From NCBI GenBank assembly GCA_048468815.1, contig DBGBSM010000366.1, positions 1 to 54,045 of the forward strand: a DNA stretch of 54,045 bases. The letters are read 5' to 3'. The position numbers and the translations under genes are program-made. This DNA is from Parabacteroides sp. GTDB lineage: Bacteria > Bacteroidota > Bacteroidia > Bacteroidales > Tannerellaceae. Below, in pieces: positions 8,910 to 19,600 of this stretch (position 1 is the first letter of the stretch; each line of letters starts with the position of its first letter). A model generated the notes under the pieces. That model ran no database searches. It was not told the DNA's origin and was given only the letters and a program-made list of their open reading frames with translations.

Positions 8910-10856
8910 CTAAAATATCCGGGCTACCCATCCGCCGCCGGAGGCCAGCGAAACGGTCAGGGTATCGCCCTTGCTCACGCGGCAAACCGTCCGTTTATAG
9001 TCGATAGCCCGGATGCCGGCGTTCGGGCCATCGTGGAATATCTCCGCCGTATAGGTTCTTCCTTCGTCGAGGAAGTCGAAAGCGAGGGTGAGGGTACGCG
9101 GCGTCCAGTCGGTGATAGAGGCTGCGTACCAGGTGTTTCCACGACGGCGGGCTACAGACAGGTAATCGCCTATCCTGCCGTTCAGCGGCACAGTCCGGTC
9201 CCATTCCGTCGGGATGGCTGCCAGGAAACGGGTACAGACTTCTTCGCGGTAATAGTCGCTCTGCGCATCGGGAAGCATCTGCATCGGGCTCTCGGCAATT
9301 ACGGCCATCGCCATCGAATGGGCGCGCGTGCCCTGCCCCATCGGGCGGTTGTGGTCGGGCTTGAAGCTTCCTTTCGTACCGTTGTTCAGCGTGCCGGGGA
9401 TGTAGTCCATCGGGCCGGCTACGTTGCGGATAAACGGCAGGGTACAGTGGTGGTCGGGGTTATCGAGCGACGTACCTCCGCTGTATTCGAACTCGATCAG
9501 GGCTTCGCGGGTCAGGATGTTCGGATAGGCGCGGCGCAACCCGTCGGGCTTATACGCTCCATGAAAATCGAGCACCATCCGGTAGCGCGCCGCCGCTTCG
9601 GCCGCCCGGCGGTAGAATTTGACGGCTTCCTGGTCGGAGCGGTTGATAAAGTCGACCTTGATTCCCTTCACGCCCCACCGGGCAAACTGCTGTAACGCAG
9701 CCTCCATCTGGCTGTCGAACAAATCGTACGTTACCCACAGCATCAAGCCTACTCCTTTGGAAGCGGCATACGCGGCGACCGCTTCCATATCCAGCGCATC
9801 GATGCTGCGCGTGAGGTCTTCTCCCAGCGTCCAGCCGTCGTCGAGCAGGAAATAGCGGATACCGAAAGCCGCGGCGAAATCGATCATATACCGGGCTGTT
9901 TCCGTATTGACCCCGGCCTGGAAGTCGACGCCGTACAGGCCGCGCCGCGACCACCAGTCGAGCGTAACCCAGCCCGGTTCGATCCAGGAAGGGTCGGCAA
10001 TCCGGCACGCAGGCCCCAACAGGTATACCAACTGGTTGTTCAGCAAATCGGTGTCTTCGCGAGCCGTACCCAGGATACGCCACGGAAAAGCACGCGTGCC
10101 CTCCGTACGGGCGATGTACGCTTCGCATGCCGATACCCGGCGCCGGTTCTTAGGGTTCCCTTCCGGGGTGTAAGCCTTCGGATAGGGCCAGAAATGTGTG
10201 ACGAGCGCGTCGCCTTCTTTCTTGAGCCACATACAGGGATAATCGTCGACATCGGCTTCGAGGAAAATCACCTTTCCCGCCGGCGTCTGTACCAGCGCAG
10301 GCAGGTTGCCCATGGAGCCGGACGGCAACCCGGTCAGTGCCCGGGTAACGTAGGGCGCTTCGTAGTCGCTGTGCATGCGGTCGTCGTGCTGATAAGTGAA
10401 CTGCGCCGCTCCGTCGAACACGAAGCGCGCCTGCTCGTTGTGTACGGTAAGGGTATCCGGCAGCTCGGTAACGAAGCGGTAGGCGACCCCCTCGTTATAC
10501 ACCCGGAACTGGAGCCGGCTTTCCCGGAAGCATACCGTCGTTTCGGTATAGGCCTCGGGTATTTCCCCGTTCTTCTCTTTTATTTCCGGACGCACGGTAC
10601 GGCTTACGGCCGTCGTTTTAACCGACCGGACGACCGGATGGCGCCCCGGTATCGTTCCGCGGTCGGTATCGAGGTGCAGGTCACGGATTGCGAACAGCCG
10701 CTTGCCGTCGAGGTACGCCTGTACCGAAACGTCCGCATCGACCGAGATACACACCTCCAACCGCTTGTCGGGCGAGGTCGCTTTGATTTCTTTTGCCTGT
10801 AGCGGCGTACCGAAGAATACCGCCGCCCAAAGCCAGGTGAACAAGTTCGTTTTCAT
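8910..10856 (-). CDS. Glycoside hydrolase family 97, retaining-type motif
   Basis: Signal peptide; FRVYNEGVAYRF, LDDGW, GIKVDF, DFHG, GPMDYIPG and IPTEWD motifs. Confidence 0.9.
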   Translation of the reverse strand: MKTNLFTWLWAAVFFGTPLQAKEIKATSPDKRLEVCISVDADVSVQAYLDGKRLFAIRDLHLDTDRGTIPGRHPVVRSVKTTAVSRTVRPEIKEKNGEIPEAYTETTVCFRESRLQFRVYNEGVAYRFVTELPDTLTVHNEQARFVFDGAAQFTYQHDDRMHSDYEAPYVTRALTGLPSGSMGNLPALVQTPAGKVIFLEADVDDYPCMWLKKEGDALVTHFWPYPKAYTPEGNPKNRRRVSACEAYIARTEGTRAFPWRILGTAREDTDLLNNQLVYLLGPACRIADPSWIEPGWVTLDWWSRRGLYGVDFQAGVNTETARYMIDFAAAFGIRYFLLDDGWTLGEDLTRSIDALDMEAVAAYAASKGVGLMLWVTYDLFDSQMEAALQQFARWGVKGIKVDFINRSDQEAVKFYRRAAEAAARYRMVLDFHGAYKPDGLRRAYPNILTREALIEFEYSGGTSLDNPDHHCTLPFIRNVAGPMDYIPGTLNNGTKGSFKPDHNRPMGQGTRAHSMAMAVIAESPMQMLPDAQSDYYREEVCTRFLAAIPTEWDRTVPLNGRIGDYLSVARRRGNTWYAASITDWTPRTLTLAFDFLDEGRTYTAEIFHDGPNAGIRAIDYKRTVCRVSKGDTLTVSLASGGGWVARIF

Positions 10857-13800
10857 ACTTCCGTCGTATTAGAGTGAATGGAATGCGATATGTCTTTCAG
10901 CCGGCGTTCCGCCATAGCCCGATGTATCTGTACGCCTTGATGATTCAGGTCGAGTCGGGCAGCCTCTCCGAAGTACCGGACGGCCCGGGTGAAATCTTCC
11001 AGGCCCAGCCATCCCAGGCCGAGGAGGTAGTAGCAACACACCCGGTTGCGCTTACCGGCATCTTCTTCCCATACCTGGAGTTCAGGGAGCGAAACGGCGA
11101 AATAGTCTGCCCGGGGACGATCGTACAGGTGTTTTTCCCCGTACGAAACCAGGCTGTTGAAACAGCTCCGCGCTTTTCGTTCGTTTCCTGTCCGGCGAAA
11201 TGCCAGACCCTGGTAAAACAGCTTGTCGGGCTGCTGGTCGTTGTAATACAGGGCGACCGACGGCCGGAGGTTTCCCCGCGTAGCCTTGCGGAAGAATTTC
11301 ACCGCTTCTTCTTTCCGTCCCGATGCTTCCAACAGGCACGCTTTATAATACAGGAGGTCGTTCTCCTGCGCACCGGCCAGTTTGCCTTCGCCTAAACCGG
11401 ACGGATAAACGAAACAGGCTTCGATGAGGAACAGGGCTTCTTCGTAAGCCTGTTCCTCCGCTAATTGCCTGGCCCGTTCGATCCGGGCCAGTTGGTATTG
11501 CGCCGGCACTTTGCCTTCGCCGCCCTCCCACGGGTGGAACCGCCGCCCGTCGATTAAGCGGATAGCGTCTTCGTAACGGCCGGTCTGGTTCAATAAGGTT
11601 ACATACTCCAGGTACAGGTCGTCGCGCTGGAGTACGACATCGTAATGTCGCCCGAGGAAAGCGAGCCGATCGGCGTGCGGCCGGTTCAACCGCTTATACA
11701 GTTGGTCGAGCTCCAGCAGGATGCGGGCGTCGGACGTATCCAACGCATACGCCTTTTCGATTAATGCAACCGCCTCGTCCGGTTTGCCGAGCTTATTGAA
11801 AGAGGCTAGCGCCAGGTTGCGCCACACGGTAGGGAACGTATCGTCGATGCGGGCCGAGGCCTCCCAGCAATCCGCCGCTTCGGCATACTGCCGTTTATCG
11901 TACCAGATGTTACCTAAGTAATACAAGGCTTTCGGAACGGGTACCGGCAGCCGGCTGACCGCTTGCAACGCTCGTATCGCTTCCAGCCGGTTCGGAAAGA
12001 AAGGTGCCGCCAGTTGGCGCTCGGCCGCTGCCGCCGCTACCGCTGCCTTCTCCGGTTCGTTTTTACAGATAAGAAACCAGCTCCGGTAGTAATAAAGCAG
12101 CGGGTCGGGCTGTACTACCAGGCTGTCCGCTATTTCGGTAATCCGGATGGCTTCGCTCCAGCGACCCGCCGCGGCGTAGTCGAGCGCCAATTCTTCGTAG
12201 TTGTGCGCTTCGTCGCGCATCCGGGTAGTGAAACGCGACAAGGCTTCGTCGCTTTCCGTAAGCAGGTATTCTTCGAACAGGCAGCCGAAATTAAAGCCAT
12301 CTATTTCGAGCGACTCGCGGATAAGTTTCAAGGCATCGCCGGAACGCCCCAGGTAACGGAAAGCGATAACCTGCAAGTGGCGGGCACGGTGGTTGTGCCA
12401 GTTACGGGCCAGCGACTTGCCGGTTTCCTCCCGCACGCTTTCCCAGTCTTGCCGGAGAGCCGACAATTGGGCCAGGGCGTAATACCCTGCATCCTGCCAG
12501 GCGGCATTCCAACACGCCTTATAAAAATACCCGTACGCTTCTTCGTACTTCTCCTGGTAACGGAGCGAAAGCGCCAGGTTGTAAAGCGGCTCGCCGTCAT
12601 ACGGGTTCGGGTTGCGCTCCGTAAGCGTCTGCACCGCCCGGCGCAGATAACGTTCGGCTTGTGCGAACCGGCCTCGGCGAATCAGCCACAAGCCCATCGC
12701 ATTGTTACAACGCACATCCGTAGCGTCGCGGCGCAACGCCTCTTCATAGTAATCGGCGGCGCAATAAACGGCATGCCGGTATTGTTCGAGATGAAGCCCG
12801 GTAAGGTAAAGCTGCTCTACGGAGCGTACTTCTTCCGGAGCGGAAGCCGGCCGGGCGGCGTCGGGCAACGGCCGGAGCTCGTCCGGCTCGGCCACCCACG
12901 AAAGGAGAATGCGGCCGGCTTCGTTGCCGATGGTTACGCCTATTCCGTCGATACGGGTAAACGGCAGGGAAGCCGTATAAACGGTTTCAGGGGAAAGGTC
13001 GGCCACGGTATCGAGGTAGATGGCGTGCTCGCTACGCACCACGATGTGCAGCCGGGATTGCGCCGAAGTGGCGAATATTTTTAACAGGTACGCACCGTCT
13101 GCCGGCTCCAGGTTCATCAGTAAATCGGCTGTAGCGTTCTTCACCACGCCCAGCTCGCGGTACGGGATGAAGTACTGGCTGAAACGCTTTTCCTCGTAAG
13201 GCTGAATCCAGGAAAAGTCGGGCTGGTTATCGGTGAATACACCCGTCATCAATTCGATATACGGGCCGTCGGCATCGGTAAGGTTTTCGTCCCAGGCACG
13301 TCCGAAATCGCCGTTGCCCCAGGTCCATTGCTTTTTTCCCGGTGCGATGTGGTGGTTGGCTACATGTAAAACGCCGGCGCGGGTATCGTTCTCGTATCCG
13401 CCGATGAAATCGTATTTCGACTTGCCGGCCATATACGAAGTGGGCACCGGAATGTTTTTGTAACGCGAGATGTCCACACCCGCCGAATAGTCCGTTTTGT
13501 AATAGGTACCCGTAGCGACGGGGTAACGCGATACGTCCCGTTTCCCGTGGTCGAATACCGCGTGTACGTCGGCAGGGAACACCGATTGGTAGTGCTCGTT
13601 CACGGCTACGGCCGGATTAGCCCACCACAGGAAAGTCTGGGGTAACGGAGTAGGATTATACAACACACCTTTCACTTCCAGCACGGCGCGACCGGGATAG
13701 AGGGTGAATCCGGCCATCCCTTTCTGGTGTGTCATCCGCTCCAGTTCGCTCACCCACACGGTGGCGCTTCCGTCGGGATACCGCTCGATGGTAAAATCGA

Positions 13801-14194
13801 CCGGCAAAAACGTACTGGGCCGGTGGTGCTGCGGCCAGTTGAATTCGATACCGCCGGAAATCCACGGCCCGACCAGTCCCACCAACGCCGGCTTGATTAC
13901 CCGGTTGTAATAAATGAAGTGCCGTTGTTTCAACTTGTCGTAAGCCATCTGGATGCGGCCGCCTAATTGGGGCAATACCATAATCTTCAGGTAATCGTTT
14001 TCCAGAAATACGGCGTGGTAAGGCCGGTCGGCACAGGTATCTTCGACGGATTCGATAACCGGATAAGGATACACGGCTCCGCTGCTTCCCTGGTAAACTC
14101 TTTTCTCGAGAAATACCGGATTCTTTTCGGGCAGGCCGGTGCCGTAGGTAGGGAGAAGGATGTCTTCTTCCCAAACGTATACATTGTCGTTCAT
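10853..14194 (-). CDS. DUF5107 domain plus TPR-repeat protein (YphG-like), cytoplasmic
   Basis: RVYQGSSGAVYPYP, WISGGIEFNWPQHHRP and PGKKQWTWG motifs; long TPR-like C-terminal half; no signal peptide. Confidence 0.85.
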   Translation of the reverse strand: MNDNVYVWEEDILLPTYGTGLPEKNPVFLEKRVYQGSSGAVYPYPVIESVEDTCADRPYHAVFLENDYLKIMVLPQLGGRIQMAYDKLKQRHFIYYNRVIKPALVGLVGPWISGGIEFNWPQHHRPSTFLPVDFTIERYPDGSATVWVSELERMTHQKGMAGFTLYPGRAVLEVKGVLYNPTPLPQTFLWWANPAVAVNEHYQSVFPADVHAVFDHGKRDVSRYPVATGTYYKTDYSAGVDISRYKNIPVPTSYMAGKSKYDFIGGYENDTRAGVLHVANHHIAPGKKQWTWGNGDFGRAWDENLTDADGPYIELMTGVFTDNQPDFSWIQPYEEKRFSQYFIPYRELGVVKNATADLLMNLEPADGAYLLKIFATSAQSRLHIVVRSEHAIYLDTVADLSPETVYTASLPFTRIDGIGVTIGNEAGRILLSWVAEPDELRPLPDAARPASAPEEVRSVEQLYLTGLHLEQYRHAVYCAADYYEEALRRDATDVRCNNAMGLWLIRRGRFAQAERYLRRAVQTLTERNPNPYDGEPLYNLALSLRYQEKYEEAYGYFYKACWNAAWQDAGYYALAQLSALRQDWESVREETGKSLARNWHNHRARHLQVIAFRYLGRSGDALKLIRESLEIDGFNFGCLFEEYLLTESDEALSRFTTRMRDEAHNYEELALDYAAAGRWSEAIRITEIADSLVVQPDPLLYYYRSWFLICKNEPEKAAVAAAAAERQLAAPFFPNRLEAIRALQAVSRLPVPVPKALYYLGNIWYDKRQYAEAADCWEASARIDDTFPTVWRNLALASFNKLGKPDEAVALIEKAYALDTSDARILLELDQLYKRLNRPHADRLAFLGRHYDVVLQRDDLYLEYVTLLNQTGRYEDAIRLIDGRRFHPWEGGEGKVPAQYQLARIERARQLAEEQAYEEALFLIEACFVYPSGLGEGKLAGAQENDLLYYKACLLEASGRKEEAVKFFRKATRGNLRPSVALYYNDQQPDKLFYQGLAFRRTGNERKARSCFNSLVSYGEKHLYDRPRADYFAVSLPELQVWEEDAGKRNRVCCYYLLGLGWLGLEDFTRAVRYFGEAARLDLNHQGVQIHRAMAERRLKDISHSIHSNTTEV

Positions 14195-14207
14195 GTCGGT
14201 TTATAAA

Positions 14208-15587
14208 TTATTTCGTAAACGCTTCTTCTATTTCTTCCAGACTTTTTCCCTTGGTTTCGGGCAACCGGCGGTAGATAAACAGGAAAGCCGCCAGGCAAAT
14301 GACTCCGTATATCCAGTAGGTTCCCGCCGCCCCGAGCTTCTCGTTGAGAAAAGGAAAGGTATAAATCAGCAGGAAGCTGGCCGTCCACAGGAAAAAAGTA
14401 GCTGTCGCCATGGCGGCACCCCGGATACGGGTGGGAAATATCTCGGAAAGCACCACCCAGATTACCGGCGCCAGTGTCATGGCATAGCAGGCGATGGCCA
14501 ATACCATCCCCGCCAGCATGGGCCACCCACCCAGACCCCGGTAGTAACCAGCTCCGAGCAGCAGGTAAAGCAGGGCCAGCCCGAGGGCGCCCGTTAACAA
14601 CAAGGCGCGGCGTCCCCACCGGTCTACCGTATACAAGGCGACCAGCGTAAAAAGCACGTTGGCGATACCGGTAATCACGATGTTGGCCAGTACGCCGGAC
14701 ACGGCATATCCGGCCGCCGAAAACAGTTCATGGGCATAATTGAACAGCACGTTGATACCACACCACTGCTGGAATACGGCCAGCACTACGCCGATGCTTA
14801 CGGCTTTCCGTATGCCGGGTGCGAACAGCGAATGCCGCTGCCGGACAACAGCTGTTTCCTTCGTGGCGTTTATCTCGTTTACGGCTTCGCGGGCATATGT
14901 CGGACCGCCGATACGGACGAAGATGCGGAATGCCTGTTCTTGCCGGGATTGTTGCCGGACGAGCAGCCATCGCGGGCTTTCGGGAATCACGAACGCAAGC
15001 GCGAAAAAGAGCACTGCCGGCAACGTTTCCATCCAGAACATCCAACGCCAGGCATACCGGATGCCGGCCGCAGTAAGCATTTCGCCTCCCGGAGTATACA
15101 GCTCGCCGATAAACCAGTTCGTTCCTTGCGCCAGCAAAATACCCGTCACGATGGTAAGCTGGTTGAGCGAAACGAATTTCCCTCGTACGGAGGCGGGCGA
15201 AACTTCGGCTATATACATGGGCGAGACATTGGAGGCGATACCGATTCCGAAACCTCCCAGGATACGGTAAGCGATAAACCAGGCGAACGTATCGACCGCT
15301 CCGGTGCCGATAGCCGACACGGTAAAAAGAACCGAAGCGACGATAAGCATTTTTTTCCGTCCGTACCGATCGCTCCAAACGCCTGCCGATACGGCACCGG
15401 CCAAGCAGCCTGTAAGCGCACTGCTCATCGCCCACCCACGCAGCGCAGCCGATTGCTCCAGGCCGAAGAAAGGCTCGTAAAACAGTTTCGCGCCGCCTAT
15501 CACGACCCAGTCGTAACCGAAAAGCAGTCCGCCCAAAGCCGAGACAGAACTGATAAGCAACAGGTAAGAGGTGTGTTTCCGTTTCAT
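14208..15587 (-). CDS. MFS sugar porter (XylE/AraE-like proton symporter)
   Basis: GGLLFGYD, DRYGRK, PESPRWL, QQWCGIN and PETKGKSLEEI motifs; ATG at 15587 preferred. Confidence 0.93.
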   Translation of the reverse strand: MKRKHTSYLLLISSVSALGGLLFGYDWVVIGGAKLFYEPFFGLEQSAALRGWAMSSALTGCLAGAVSAGVWSDRYGRKKMLIVASVLFTVSAIGTGAVDTFAWFIAYRILGGFGIGIASNVSPMYIAEVSPASVRGKFVSLNQLTIVTGILLAQGTNWFIGELYTPGGEMLTAAGIRYAWRWMFWMETLPAVLFFALAFVIPESPRWLLVRQQSRQEQAFRIFVRIGGPTYAREAVNEINATKETAVVRQRHSLFAPGIRKAVSIGVVLAVFQQWCGINVLFNYAHELFSAAGYAVSGVLANIVITGIANVLFTLVALYTVDRWGRRALLLTGALGLALLYLLLGAGYYRGLGGWPMLAGMVLAIACYAMTLAPVIWVVLSEIFPTRIRGAAMATATFFLWTASFLLIYTFPFLNEKLGAAGTYWIYGVICLAAFLFIYRRLPETKGKSLEEIEEAFTK

Positions 15588-15732
15588 GGTTATCGGAGTT
15601 AGGATAATTCTACAACGCAAAGGAAAGGGAAAGGCGAGGGGGAATAAATAGATAAAAAAAATAAAAGATGGACGATCTTCCGATTTAACTTCCGAGGGCT
15701 TTTGAGTAAGGTAACCGTTTGATTAAAAGCCC

Positions 15733-15740
15733 TATATTTG
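15733..15740 (+). promoter_or_regulatory. Bacteroidetes -7 element (TAnnTTTG) for the AraC gene
   Basis: TATATTTG ends 26 nt before ATG 15767. Confidence 0.6.
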
Positions 15741-15766
15741 TATACCCTATCAGAGGTGGCGCTACG

Positions 15767-16654
15767 ATGAAAAAACGGAAAGACGGATTTAGCGGGGAGC
15801 GGGCGTTGGTTTTACCTCTTTCGCTCGTACAGGAGATGGAGAACGAGCCTTTATCGTCGATGTTGTATGTCACCGACATCGGGTATTACCCGAAGGCTCG
15901 GAACCATTTCAGGGAGCGGAAAGTGCCCATTTCGCAATACGTTTTTATTTATTGTACGGAAGGAGCGGGCTGGTTCAGGCTGAACGGTACGGAATACCGG
16001 GTGGGAAAGAATCAGTATTTTATCCTGCCGGCCGGCATACCGCACACATACGGCGCCGACGAGCAAGATGCCTGGACAATTTACTGGATTCACTTCAAAG
16101 GAAAGCTGGCGGGAAAACTGGCCGAGGGACTCACGTTGCCGGTAGAGATAAAACCGCATGTTTCTTCGCGTATCAGCGACCGCATCGAATTGTTCGAAGA
16201 GATTTTCCGTACACTCGAGATGGGCTACAGCCGCGAAAACCTGTTGTATGCCTGTTCGGTGTTTTACCATTTCCTGGGTACGGTACGTTATGTGCAGCAA
16301 TACCGGAATGCAGCGGGCGCCGACTCCGGACAGACCGACCTGGTTACGGCGGCCATTCATTTTATGCGGGAAAATATCGAAAAGAAGCTCACGCTGGCCG
16401 AGATAGCGAAACACATCGGCTACTCGCCTTCGCATTTTTCGATTTTGTTCAACCGGCGTACGGGCTATTCGCCGGTAAACTATTTTAACCGGCTGAAAAT
16501 CCAGCAAGCCTGCCAGTTGTTGGATTTCACGGATATGAAGATCAATCAGATTTGCTACAAAATCGGCATCGAAGACAGTTATTATTTCTCTCGCTTGTTC
16601 AGCAAGGTAATGGGCATGTCGCCGAAAAAGTATAAAAGAGAAAAGAAAGGATAG
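15767..16654 (+). CDS. AraC family regulator with cupin ligand-binding domain
   Basis: TDIGYYP and WTIYWIHF motifs; C-terminal double HTH (YYFSRLFSKVMGMSPKKY); divergent from the MFS gene. Confidence 0.92.
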   Translation: MKKRKDGFSGERALVLPLSLVQEMENEPLSSMLYVTDIGYYPKARNHFRERKVPISQYVFIYCTEGAGWFRLNGTEYRVGKNQYFILPAGIPHTYGADEQDAWTIYWIHFKGKLAGKLAEGLTLPVEIKPHVSSRISDRIELFEEIFRTLEMGYSRENLLYACSVFYHFLGTVRYVQQYRNAAGADSGQTDLVTAAIHFMRENIEKKLTLAEIAKHIGYSPSHFSILFNRRTGYSPVNYFNRLKIQQACQLLDFTDMKINQICYKIGIEDSYYFSRLFSKVMGMSPKKYKREKKG

Positions 16655-16679
16655 AAAAGGTTGTTAGCCCGAGACACTC

Positions 16680-19600
16680 CTACCCCGCTTTATGCCTGCG
16701 CCGGTACTCCTTCGGCGTAAGGCCGTACAGCGCCCGGAAGCACACCGCGAAGTAACTGCTGCTGCCGAATCCCACCCGGTCGAGAATCTCCGTAACGGTC
16801 AAGTCGGTGTCGCACAAGAGCTGCGCCGCCGTTTCGAGGCGTATCTTCTTAATCATCTCGGCCGGCGATACTTGCGTAAGGCTGCGCGCCTTCCGGTAAA
16901 AGTTGGCGCGGCTCATGTTCAGCTCCGCGCAAATACGGTCTACATCCAGCGAAGGGTCGGAAAAGCCCGCCTTGATAACCTCCGTGTAGCGGCGCAGAAA
17001 CGCTTCGTCGGCCGGCGTAGCTTCGAGGCTCGCCTTTTCGAGCACGATTTTCCGGGCGTACTTCTTTTTCATCTTCTCGCGCGCCGCCAACAGATTCTTT
17101 ATCTTCGTGTGGAGCAGCGACATGTCAAACGGCTTTACCAGGTACGCATCGGCCCCCGCTTCGAGCCCCGCCTTTACTTGTCGGGGAAGCGCCCCGGCCG
17201 TAAGCAAAATCACGGGGAGGTGCGCCGTCCGTTCGTCGCTTTTCAGCCGGCGGCACAACTCCAGGCCGTCCATGCCGGGCATCATCACATCGCTCACCAC
17301 CAGGTCGGCACGGCTCCGGGTGAGCGCTTCGAGCGCCTCTTCGCCGCCCGGCGCCTTCACTACACGATACCAACGGCCGAAATAACGCTCCAGGTACGAC
17401 AGCACCTCTTTGTTGTCTTCCACCAGCAACAGCGTAGCCTGCGGAAGCCCGGCCGGCTGTGCCGCCGGCGGTTCCGTTCCGGCCGACAAAGCCGCCGCGA
17501 GCCGGTCACGGTCGAGCGGCAATTCCGGGGCAACGGCATGCGCTTCGCGAATAACCGGCTTGTCGCCTACGGGCAGCAACAGGCGCATCGACGTGCCCTG
17601 CGGCAACGACTCGGCCCACAGCGCCCCCCGGTGCCGGCGCACGATGGCGCGCGAAAGGCTCAGCCCGATGCCCGAGCCGCTTACCTGCCGGTGCAGGTCG
17701 GGCGTAGAGCGGTAAAAGGGCTCGAATATCTTCTCCTTGTCTATCCCCTCCAGGCCGCGGCCGGTATCCGTAACCTCGGCATACAGGTAATAATTCTCCA
17801 CGGGCCCGAACCCGGCAGCCCCCAGCATTCCGGCCGCTTCCCGCCCCAGTATCTTTACGGAAAGCCGTACGGCGCCACCGGCGGGCGTGAACTTAAAGGC
17901 GTTCGACAGCAGGTTGAAGAATACCTTTTCCAGCTCGCCCCGGTCGAACGTAACCCACAGGCCGGGAGGCAGCCGGTTCTCCCATCCGAAGGCAATGCTC
18001 CGCTGCCGGGCGCCCGGCACAAAGGCGTCGTAAATGTCGCGTACGAAAGGGACGAACTCGAAATCGGCCGGCTGCAACACCATCTTGCCGGTTTCGTACT
18101 TCTGCACGTCCATCAGGTTGTCTACCAGCAAGAGCAGCCGCTCGGTATTCTTACGCATCAGCAGGAACGTGTTTTTCAGTTCCTCCGAGAACGAGGCGTG
18201 CCGCAAAAGCTCGTTCAGCGGGTTGACAATCAGGGTGAGCGGCGTACGCAACTCGTGCGCGAAATGGGTGAACAGCCGCATCCGCTCCTGGTGGAGCTCG
18301 TTGGTTTTACGCTGCTCCAGTTGCTCGAAACGAATGTTGTTTTCCAGCTCCCGCCGCGTGTTCCGGAACGAAATAAAGCGGGCGGTAACCGCAACCGTTA
18401 CCAGCAGATAAAGCAGGTAAGCCCACCCGGTACGCCACACAGGCGGAAGCACGGTGATACGCAACGCCGCGACTTCGAGCGCCCACACGCCGTCGGTGCC
18501 GGCCGCTTTTACCCGGAACTCGTACCGCCCGGGAGCGAGGTTACTGAAGTAAGCCTCGCGCCGGACGCCGGCATCGCGCCAACCGGAGTCGAGCCCCTCC
18601 AGCATGCAGGCGTACCGGCTCTGGGCAGGCGAAACGAAATCGAGAGCGGCGTAACAGACGGCTATGTTCGTTTGGTTCCATTTCAGCGTGATTTGCCGGG
18701 TGCGATGCAACTGTTCGTGTAAGATGCCGGTTTCGTCGCCCGGCCGGACGCGCCGGTTGTTCACGCTAAGCGAGATAAGGTATACCCGCGGCGGCACGGG
18801 GTTAGGGCGGAAGGTAAGCGGGTTGAAACTCACCAAGCCTTTATGACCGGCTAAGTAGAGCATGCCGGAACCGGAACGGGTTATCGCGTGGGGGGTAAAC
18901 TCCTGCATCAGTTCGGGGGCGAGCCGGACAGTTACGAAACGCCCCGAGCGTTCGTCGAGCTTCAGCAGGGCAGACGCGGTTTGCAACCAAATACCGCCGG
19001 CTTTATCCACGGTAACCGCCAGCACGGTACCGGCGCCTGTGGCAGCCGCAGCATCGAACGTGGCGGTAAGCCGCATCCGGCAGTCGAACCGGTACAGCTT
19101 CCCTTTCCGGGAGGCAATCCATACGGAGCCTTCCGCATCGCGCACGATGCCCGCCACGCCGCCTTCTATCCCGGGAACCGTATCTGCTCGCCGCGCCGGC
19201 ATATCGTACAGGTAAACTTCTTCCGTGGTGCCGAACAAGAATAGGTCGGGCCGGAGTTCGACGATGTGCCGGACGTGCCGGAAAGCGCGGGTCGAATCAG
19301 CTACCGGGAACCGGCCGGTCGTTTGGCCGCCGTCGGCCAACACCAGGTCGGAAGCCGTATGGGTGGGAATCCAGAGGCGTCCGCTACTGTCGGCGTACAA
19401 CGAGTAAATGTCGTTGTACTTGAAATCGTACAGCAGCCGGTACCGTTTGCTCCGGATGGAAAACAGATACACGGCGCCTTTGTTGGTGGCGCACAGGATG
19501 CTGTCGCCGCGGATACACAGGCTCTTGATAATGTTGCCGTACAGGTTGGTGCGGTAATCGGCGGTAAGGGGATACACGGTTTGTGTCCCTGCATCCGGGT

